Assembly (NCBI GenBank): GCA_964016885.1
Contig: OZ024741.1
Span: 321,408,001 to 321,472,000 of the forward strand
Length of the DNA stretch: 64,000 nucleotides
Direction: 5' to 3'
From: Eledone cirrhosa
Taxonomy: Eukaryota
Shown here: positions 55,526 to 64,000 of the stretch, piece by piece
Position numbering within the stretch: position 1 is the stretch's first letter
Layout: each line of letters begins with the position of its first letter
Notes under the pieces: generated by a model
Database searches by the model: none
What the model was told of the DNA's origin: nothing
Seen by the model: only the letters and a program-made list of their open reading frames with translations
Program-made: the position numbers and the translations under genes

Positions 55526-55708
55526 ATGACAGTATCGGTAGAGCATCAGAGACCATGCTTTGCAGCATAGTGTTATGTCCCTTTACGTTCTGAGTTCAAC
55601 TCCTGTCGAGGTTAACTTTGCCTTTCATCCTTACGGGGTCGATAAAATAAAGCACCAGTAATGCACTGGGGTAATTGCTGGCCTTGTGCCAAAAGTAGAA
55701 GCAATTAT
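55526..55708 (+). mobile_element. tRNA-derived SINE
   Basis: Family body with B box GAGTTCAACTCC. Confidence 0.85.
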
Positions 55709-55899
55709 TTTATTGGGTGGTGATTGCATGCAGAGTGTGTATTATTTAAGTTGTGCTTTTGTATTGAAAGTGACTTGCATAGGATGATTGAGATTAAAGT
55801 TGTAAACCCTGATGAGGTGTGTATGTTTTTGTTCATAAATCCCTAACCACAAAGCCACGCACCATTGATCATATATATTACTATAGTTGTCGGTACTGT

Positions 55900-56246
55900 T
55901 TTTATTTTTATACCTCACATGTTGCAAATTTCCGTTTCAAATGTCTTGCAAATTGGTACTTTCTAGACTCCTTTCTTCGAAATGTTTTGGTCAGAAATGG
56001 ATCCAGATTTCTATCAGAATACAGAGATACTTACTACTGTCTTTGATATACGGTTCGTCTTGATTCTATTTTCAGTCAGGATAGCTATGTTTCCAACTGA
56101 TTTATGACCATGCTGTTGTTATATGCCGGTTTGGGAACATGCTTATACCATTTCTTCTTAGTTTCCACGCCGAGGTAGTTGTGTGCATGTATATATTCTA
56201 TCTTTGCAACAACTTGGCAGCTAGAAATTATGTGCGGTTTGCATAG
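55900..56246 (-). pseudogene. R4/Dong-like remnant (CCHC/RLE part)
   Basis: LCKPHIISSCQVVAKIEY..H..KWYKHVPKPAYNN. Confidence 0.6.
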
Positions 56247-56247
56247 T

Positions 56248-58235
56248 CTTCTTCTTCTTCTTCTTCTTCTTCTTCTTCTTCTTCTTCTTCTTCTTCTTCT
56301 TCTTCTTCTTCTTCTTCTTCTTCTTCTTCTTCTTCTTCTTCTTCGTCCACTTATTCCCGAGAGGGTCGTGGGGATAGAGTTCTCAAACACCTCTTCCAGC
56401 GGGTCCTGTCAGAAGCAACCGTCTCTAATTGATCCGGCTGGATCTCCAAGCGAGACCAGCCGAGCGCATGCATGTTATCCAAACATCTTGCTTGGGTCTA
56501 CTCCCGGCTGTTCTGTCGGTTAGTTTTGCCCGTAAAATGTCCAGCGATTTTTTCCTAAGATATTCTAACCCTATGCCCGTAATATCGGAGCTGCGATCTC
56601 TCAATTTAGAGAAATAGCGGCTCTACCTGGAGTGACTCTCTGTTCTCCGAGCTATGCACTCTATCGAATAACGTTACTCAATAGACCTGATTTCGGCCGC
56701 TTTTATTTGCGATCGTATTCATTTGGTCATTACCTAACATTCATGACCATAGATAAGGGTTCTCAGGAATGCCGAATGCTGAAGCTGACGCATCACTGCA
56801 CCAGCTCCTGCAATTCTTGCACTTAATTCAACCTCCTGCTTTCCATCACTCCATTTAATTTTAGAGTGCATTGCGCAGGCTTCCTTGAGAGGACGAGTGT
56901 CTCAGTTTTCGCAGCACTGATTTTCATTCCAGCCATGCAGCACTCGGCATCAAACCTATCAAATGCATGTCAGAGATCACCTTCTGACGAGTTAATTAAT
57001 ACCATGTTGTCTGCAAATTCCAGCCGACTGATCCTACATCCACAAATCATAATGTCACTTCCAGCCCGGCTGCGTATGTCAATCAAGTTCATGAAGATTA
57101 TGAACAGGAGAGATGATAGTACGCGCCCTTGACGGAGTCGGCTCCCACATGTCCCTCTCTTGTCCCTCTTTGAAAATTAGGATTATTAATCCCAATTGCC
57201 ATTGCTTTGGTGCTTTTCCAGAGATCCAGGCCACCCACCACACACAAATCTGACAGAAAATACCTTCTCTATTTATGGCTTTTAACATTTCGGCCCGAAT
57301 TTCATCCTTGCCACATTTGAGCACTTTAATTGCGCTTGTGAACTCAGACCCGAGAGATTAGACATCGCTCATAGATGTACCTCGTGTACATCATAAGATG
57401 TTCTCTCCACATCGCGAGGAGTCACCTCTCTGAATAGAGGCGAACCCCAGATGCGTTCCTGATAGCAGGTGTAGAGGAGGATTTATTATAAAGTCGGCGG
57501 ATGGTCTGCCAGAACACTTTACTTGATGATCTGAAGTCGGATTTCAGCTTAAACTCAAAGTTCTCCCATGTCTTAACTTTGGACGCCTTTACTGTCTCTG
57601 CTGTGACTTTTTGCGCCTGATTACACTGCAAATGCAAGAAGGGGGACTTATTTCCAAGCCAAGCTTTGTAAGCCTCATTCTTTGTTCGGATGGCATTTTT
57701 GACCTCTTGATTGAACCAAGGAGTGTACGAAAATCATTTTTCAGTCTCCGTCTCATACTGAAAAAACTAGCGATGGGCCTGCGACCTGTTCTGGGAGGCG
57801 TGGGGTTGACGCACAAATATAACGTATCCCGATACCCCAAAGAAGGTTCAGAAGGGAGCAAGCCGTAATCATCGGAACCTGGAACATCACGACCCTTACA
57901 GATAAGGAGCAGAAACTACTGGAGGAGGCAAGATGCTAACAAAGTTCCGTGGCTCTGACATTGTAGATTTGGATGGAAGATGGAAACTCCACTATTCAGG
58001 TGTGGCGCTAGAAATGACTGTACAGGTGGGAGTAGGGATACTCACAAACCCCCATCTGTCAGAATGTGTTATTGACTGGATCCCATTAGGTGGAAGGATT
58101 TGCCTCTTGAAGCTTAGGCTGAAAGATAGGTCTATGTAGGTGGTGCAAGTTTCTGCACCATACAAAAAGCCTGAATACACATCATTCCTTGATGAAATCA
58201 CTGCAGCTTTAGATGTAGTTAAAAAACTGATCATG
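56248..58235 (-). mobile_element. Decayed RTE-clade LINE with (GAA)n tail and inverted 5' part
   Basis: Minus strand: KCGKDEIRAEMLKA..PKQWQLGLIILIFKEG, RQGR..SSLLFIIFM. Plus strand 57720-58235 is an APE N-terminus (GTWNITTL..GVGIL..RICLLKL). (TTC)n at 56248-56344. Confidence 0.8.
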
Positions 58236-58239
58236 GTTT

Positions 58240-59040
58240 AGATTCGATGCTATAATTGGCTATCGTATCGGTTCTCTTCATTTCCATCCAGTCTTGCTAG
58301 ATATTCGCCATGGAGTGGATTTTCTACCTATTTGATTCTAACATTTTGGTTTTTACCTTTTCTTATATTTTATTCTTGACTAAGCCTTTGATTTTATGTG
58401 TTTAGCTTTCAACACCGTACTCAGTTTACGCATATATGGAGAGAGGGTGAAATCTTTTGTTCTTTTTTTTTTTTTTAAGGGTTACTTTGTAATAGCTCTC
58501 TATTTGTCTGAGGTAGATATATTCTATTTATATTGGCTTTAGTATGGGAAATTCGCAATATAATAAGTAGTTTTTTCATTTCCCCTTATAGGCTCTTCAA
58601 TTCAGTGAACTTCCAATTTATCATATTAAATCTGTAGTTTATGTCACGTTTGGCTAGTGTATAATTGTATTTCTAGCATTGCATTCGATTTTTAATATCT
58701 CTGTCTCTCCTGTAGTACTCTTTTCTAATTTTCTCCTTCATTTCTGTGCATTGTAGTTTATTAGTTTCATCTATTCCTAAGTCGTTTTATTGATACTTCC
58801 CTTCTAATTATCTGATTTCAGTCTCTAAATCTAATTTAATGTTTTGTATTTTAATTATTTGCCTCTTCTTCGAGTAACTTCGGCACATTTATCTAATCAC
58901 TACTTATTTGATGTTACCGCTAAATTCCTGTACAGTTGTTCATAGTTTATCCAGCTCGACATATTCTCTAATAAATAGTTTTAAATCGTCTACATAGAAA
59001 AAATGGTTTAGAATTTATGCACAGCATTTGTAACTATAGG
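58240..59040 (-). pseudogene. R4/Dong-like RT remnant
   Basis: LNHFFYVDDLKLF at ~58975-59013. Confidence 0.6.
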
Positions 59041-59388
59041 TTCTTTCCTTTAACACATTTGTTGATGAAAGTTATTGTTGCTGCTGTTGTTATTGTCGTC
59101 GCTGTTGTTGTTGTTGTTGTTGTTGTCGTCCTTGTTGTTGTTGTTGAACAATCTATTTTTGGAACCATTGAGCAATGGTAAGTTTTGAATTTTAAAATTA
59201 GTAGCTTCAATGTTTTGATTATGAAAAATAGTTGGGCGTATAAGCCCCTTGAAACGGAAAAATGTTGTACAGCACCTTCCCAGGGACTTGTATGCCCAAC
59301 TTGGTCTATTTTTTATAGTCAAAAATATTGAAGCTAACTAACTTTAAGATTCTAAATTATCATTTTTATTATTATCATCATCATTGAG

Positions 59389-59605
59389 GGCGGTGGATTG
59401 GCAGTATCGGTAGAGGGTCGGACGCCATGCTTTCCAGCATAGAGTTACGGCCCTTTATGATCTGAGTTCAAATCCCGCCGAGGTTAACTTTGCCTTTCAT
59501 CCTTACGGGGTCGATAAAATAAAGTACCAGTCACGCACTGGGGTCGATTTAATCGACTTTCCCCTCCCAAAAAATTGCTTGCCTTGTGCCTATACTAGAA
59601 ATCAT
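59389..59605 (+). mobile_element. Most complete copy of the tRNA-derived SINE
   Basis: GGCGGTGGAT-TGGCAGTATCGG (A box)..GAGTTCAAATCC (B box)..CTTTCATCCTTACGGGGTCGATAAAATAAAGTACCAG..GCCTTGTGCC tail. Confidence 0.9.
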
Positions 59606-59849
59606 TGTTGTCATCATCATTGTTATTGTTGTTGTTGTTGCTGGTGTAGTTTGGGCAGTGTAGAGTTCATCGACTGAGACATGGCTTATGGAAGGGTTTG
59701 GTCTTCAAAGGCAAGGCCACACACGGAGATAACATTCCACATACATCTCAATATGTTCATACTTCAATGTGTGAGACAATACAATACAAACATCGCAATC
59801 AGAAACATTGATCTCCATCTCGTTGTCAACGGTGTAGTGCGATATGTGC

Positions 59850-60330
59850 GGGTGGTGAGTACAAGAGCGACGAAAACATATAGACTGGCAGGTCTTATTG
59901 GCCACTTGAAAACCACAAGGTTTCGAGGCTGTGCTTTGTTGTGGGTGTGGAAACAAAACAATGATATTGTGATGTAAGGCAAAAAAAAACAGCTGCTAAA
60001 TGTATGGCAGTAAGAGCCACGTAATGGCTTTCTGCTCTGAGTAACTAGACATGTAGAGAAAATGAGAGAGAAAGCAGCAAACAGCAACAGTAGCAGCAAC
60101 TTCTTTTCCAAAAGCATCGACAGTCCAAGCTTGTCTTCGTCCTTGCTCCCTTAATCTGACGATGCCGAACGCTCTACGGCATTCCACCTGATGTAATCAT
60201 GTACAATATCATCTCTGCTGTGATAGTCAAGACAGATGGTGAGACTAATGCATTCAACAGCAACACAGGCGTTCTCCAGAGCGACCCTCTCACCACATTT
60301 TTATTCATCATCTGTCAAGGCTCTAGACAA
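59850..60330 (+). pseudogene. Decayed LINE RT fragment
   Basis: DGETNAFNSNTGVLQSDPLTTFLFII resembles GVLQGDTLAPFLF; an FSKAxD-like remnant lies upstream. Confidence 0.6.
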
Positions 60331-60363
60331 TGCATTACGCACTTAGATCACTAAAATCGTATC

Positions 60364-60440
60364 CTCGCAATGTGTCCGGGTTCAGCGAATTATCAGAGAG
60401 AAATCTCTCTGATGATTTTCTGAACCCGGAACATTGCGAG
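60364..60440. other. 77-nt hairpin
   Basis: CTCGCAATGTGTCCGGGTTCAGCGAATTATCAGAGAG-AAAT-CTCTCTGATGATTTTCTGAACCCGGAACATTGCGAG. Confidence 0.85.
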
Positions 60441-60470
60441 CGAATGAATACTGGAAAGATATTCCGATTC

Positions 60471-60516
60471 AGCTCTGGTAGGTGATTGCATAACAGTGAT
60501 GAAACACGTGTTAGCT
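60471..60516 (+). ncRNA. Decayed hammerhead-like motif
   Basis: AGCT-CTGGTAG..GAA-ACACGTGT-T-AGCT, then AATAAA; the core is corrupted. Confidence 0.35.
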
Positions 60517-60825
60517 AATATAACGTAATAAATCTTTCTTCAGGTCGCTTCTCTCCTTACCAAATTTGAAACCTTAGATAGCATGCAACTGCGTTGAAAA
60601 ATTATTTATAATAATATATATTCATTTGTGTGAGTGTGCATATGTCGTACCTGTTTGTGTACATACGTACGTGTTTGTGTGCATGTGTTTGCTTATAAAT
60701 ATATACATATATATGTGTGTGTGTCTGTGTGTGTGTGTATCTTGGGAATGAGTTGCATCATAGCTAATACAACATGTCTTCGAGAATCCATAATATATAT
60801 CATTTATTATATTATGCATTATATA

Positions 60826-61008
60826 TGGTGGATTGGCAGTATTGGTAGAGGGTCGGACGCCATGCTTTGACGCATAGTTACGGCCTTTGCCATTCTGAGT
60901 TCAAATCCCGCCGAGGTTAACTTTGCCTTTCATCCTTACGGGGTCGATAAAATAAAGTACCAGTAATACACTGGTTAATTGCTGGCCTTGTACCAAAAGT
61001 AGAAACAA
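60826..61008 (+). mobile_element. tRNA-derived SINE
   Basis: Family match with A and B boxes. Confidence 0.88.
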
Positions 61009-61009
61009 G

Positions 61010-61297
61010 TATATTATGCATTATATATGTATTATATTATATTTTGTACATTATCTTATATTACGTATTATATTATATCATATATCATATTACCTATTAT
61101 ATTATATCATATATCATATTATCTATTATATTATATTATGTCATATATCATATTACCTAGTATATTATATCATATATTATACCATATCATATTATATTAT
61201 ATCATATATTATATATTATATTATATCATATATTATATTATATTATATTATATTATATTATATTATATTATATTATATTATATCATATTATATTATA
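61010..61297. repeat. (ATATT)n-type microsatellite
   Basis: Directly visible. Confidence 0.9.
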
Positions 61298-61799
61298 CTG
61301 AATTATGTTTCCTTTTTTTTTATATTATGTTCACTCTCCAAAAAATCTTTAGAATTTTTCGGATGTGATTAATTACCACTTTTTTCTCCTAAACAAACAT
61401 GAAATTACTATAAAAATCTGCCTGCGGCTTCAGACTGACGTATCGATATCAATCAAAATCTTCCAAAGATTAATTTTGATTAGATAAACAAAACTTTGCT
61501 CAAGTACTTACCATTTTTCTCGATATCACGTGACTTCGACGTAACATGTGTTTTTGTTGTTTTTGTTTTGTGGTGGTGGTTGGAGCAGGTATAGTGTGAC
61601 GGCAGCGACCGAGGTTTCCTGCCTTTTTGATAAACTATTCAGTAAATGTATGAAGACGTTTGCTTTGCTATAACTATGTTACAAGTTCAATCTCACTAGG
61701 CAGCACCTTGAACAAGTGTATTGTTCCATATAATCGGGCCTCACATAATGCATTTGTGCAGACAGACATTTTACAGAAACTCATCGGATGAGTGAATTT

Positions 61800-62300
61800 T
61801 ACAGCTTTATTCCTTGGGTTGTATCAGATTGGCATGCCTTTAACACCAACTGACAGTGGTATCATTGCAACAACAAACAAAATTGGAAAAGAAATTAGTG
61901 AAGTAAGGGGTTGCTGAGCGTACAGGATGCTGTCAAAATAGAAGAAAGAGCTTCTAAATAAAAAATAAAATCATATATTGAAGGTTGTCAGGGAAGGCAT
62001 ATTTGAGAAAAGTTTAGACCCAGAAAACACAAAGACTGTCATTGTTGAAGAGTGTCAAAAATCATTTGATGAAAAGCCCCCACATTCAGCATTAATTAAG
62101 GAAACAAGAAACGTATGTGATAACATACTTGGTTATGGATACTGAAAGGCTACATTTAGAAAGAAACGGAAGGATTTATTAGCAGCACAAGATCAAGCCA
62201 TAAGAACAAGGTGGGTAATGAAAAACATAGACAAGAAAGATGTGCAAGCTGAATAGAGAAGTTGTTGGAAAAAAGCAAACAATTGCCCATATCATTTGAA
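61800..62300 (+). pseudogene. R4/Dong-like remnant
   Basis: TWLWILKGYI*KETEGF..AAQDQAIRTRWVMKNIDK resembles W..LK.G.LK.ETEG..AAQDQA. Confidence 0.6.
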
Positions 62301-62309
62301 ATAGTCCAG

Positions 62310-64000
62310 AATGGTGAGCACGGTGGTGACGGTGATGTTGGTGAGAATGGTGGTGGTGTTGGTGAGAATGGTGGTGGTGATGGTAATGGTGGTGATGGTG
62401 TTGGTGAGAATGGTGGTGGTGATGGTAATAGTGGTGGTGGTGTTGGTGACGGTAATAGTGGTGGTGGTGTTGGTGAGAATGGTGGTGGTGATGGTAATAG
62501 TGGTGGTGGTGGTGCTGAGATGGTGGTGATGGTAATAGCGGTGGTGGTGTTGGTGAGAATGGTGGTGGTGTTGGTGAGAATGGTGGTGGTGATGGTAATG
62601 GTGGTGATGGTGTTGGTGAGAATGGTGGTGGTGATGGTAATAGTGGTGGTGGTGTTGGTGACGGTAATAGTGGTGGTGGTGTTGGTGAGAATGGTGGTGG
62701 TGATGGTAATAGTGGTGGTGGTGGTGCTGAGATGGTGGTGATGGTAATAGCGGTGGTGGCGTTGGTGAGAACGGTGGTGGTGGTGGGAAAGGTGGTGGTA
62801 ACGGTAAAAGTGGTGGGGGTGGGGGTGAGAATGGTGGTGGTGATGGTAATAGTGGTGGTGGTGTTGGTGAGAATGGTGGTGGTGATGGTAATAGTGGTGG
62901 TGGTGTTGGTGAGAATGGTGGTGGTGATGGTAATAGTGGTGGTGATGTTGGTGAGAATGGTGGTGGTAATAGTGGTGGTGGTGTTGGTGAGAATGGTGGT
63001 GGTGATGGTAATAGTGGTGGTGGTGGTGGTGATGGTAATAGTAGTGGTGATGTTGGTGAGAATGGTTGTGGAGATGGTAATAGTGATGGTGGTGGTGGTG
63101 AGAATGGTGGTGGTGATGGTAACAGTGGTGGTGGTGTTGGTGAGAATGGTTGTGGAGATGGTAATAGTGATGGTGGTGGTGGTGAGAATGGTGGTGGTGA
63201 TGGTAACAGTGGTGGTGGTGAGAATGGTGGTGGTGATGGTAATAGTGGTGGTGGTGGTGGTGAGAATGGTGGTGGTGATGGTAATAGTGGTGGTGATGTT
63301 GGTGAGAATGGTTGTGGAGATGGTAATAGTGATGGTGGTGGTGGTGAGAATGGTGGTGGTGATGGTAACAGTGGTGGTGGTGTTGGTGAGAATGGTGGTG
63401 GTGATGGTAACAGTGGTGGTGGTGTTGGTGAGAATGGTTGTGGAGATGGTAATAGTGGTGGTGATGTTGGTGAGAATGGTTGTGGAGATGGTAATAGTGA
63501 TGGTGGTGTTGGTGAGAATGGTGGTGGTGATGGTAACAGTGGTGGTGGTGTTGGTGAGAATGGTTGTGGAGATGGTAATAGTGGTGGTGATGTTGGTGAG
63601 AATGGTTGTGGTGATGGTAACAGTGGTGGTGGTGAGAATGGTGGTGGTGATGGTAATAGTGGTGGTGATGTTGGTGAGAATGGTTGTGGAGATGGTAATA
63701 GTGATGGTGGTGGTGGTGAGAATGGTGGTGGTGATGGTAACAGTGGTGGTGGTGTTGGTGAGAATGGTTGTGGAGATGGTAATAGTGGTGGTGATGTTGG
63801 TGAGAATGGTTGTGGAGATGGTAATAGTGGTGGTGGTGTTGGTGAGAATGGTGGTGGTGATGGTAACAGTGGTGGTGGTGTTGGTGAGAATGGTTGTGGA
63901 GATGGTAATAGTGGTGGTGATGTTGGTGAGAATGGTTGTGGTGATGGTAATAGTGGTGGTGGTGTTGGTGAGAATGGTGATGGTGACGGTAATAGCAGTG
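62310..64000. repeat. GGT-based ~42-bp minisatellite (GGTGAGAATGGTGGTGGTGATGGTAATAGTGGTGGTGGTGTT)
   Basis: Directly visible; runs off the end of the window. Confidence 0.95.

Noticed and set aside
59389-59480. tRNA gene
   Set aside because: A and B boxes are present but there is no cloverleaf; it is the head of a multi-copy SINE.

Overview
AT-rich, repeat-saturated eukaryotic DNA, probably an octopus or other cephalopod (inferred from the SINE family and the microsatellite load). I could not support any host protein-coding gene; most ORF-track entries, including the 4000-aa ORF, are translations of simple repeats. Contents: (1) several Penelope-like elements (RT and/or GIY-YIG, inverted pseudo-LTRs) and about 17 minimal type-I hammerhead ribozyme motifs from roughly a dozen distinct repeat families; (2) a non-coding ~420-bp hammerhead tandem array (retrozyme-like) interrupted by a full-length CsRn1-clade Ty3/Gypsy element; (3) a ~12-kb C/A-rich minisatellite; (4) a cluster of Tx1-clade and R4/Dong-like non-LTR elements all sitting in (AAT)n/(ATT)n; (5) RTE LINE pieces, tRNA-derived SINEs, two non-autonomous Helitrons and small MITEs. 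The most unusual observation is that the Gypsy element has no tRNA primer-binding site. Instead, the 17 nt after its 5' LTR are perfectly complementary to a segment inside the LTR, which is the geometry of Tf1-style self-primed reverse transcription. All coordinates were read by eye and may be off by a few bases.
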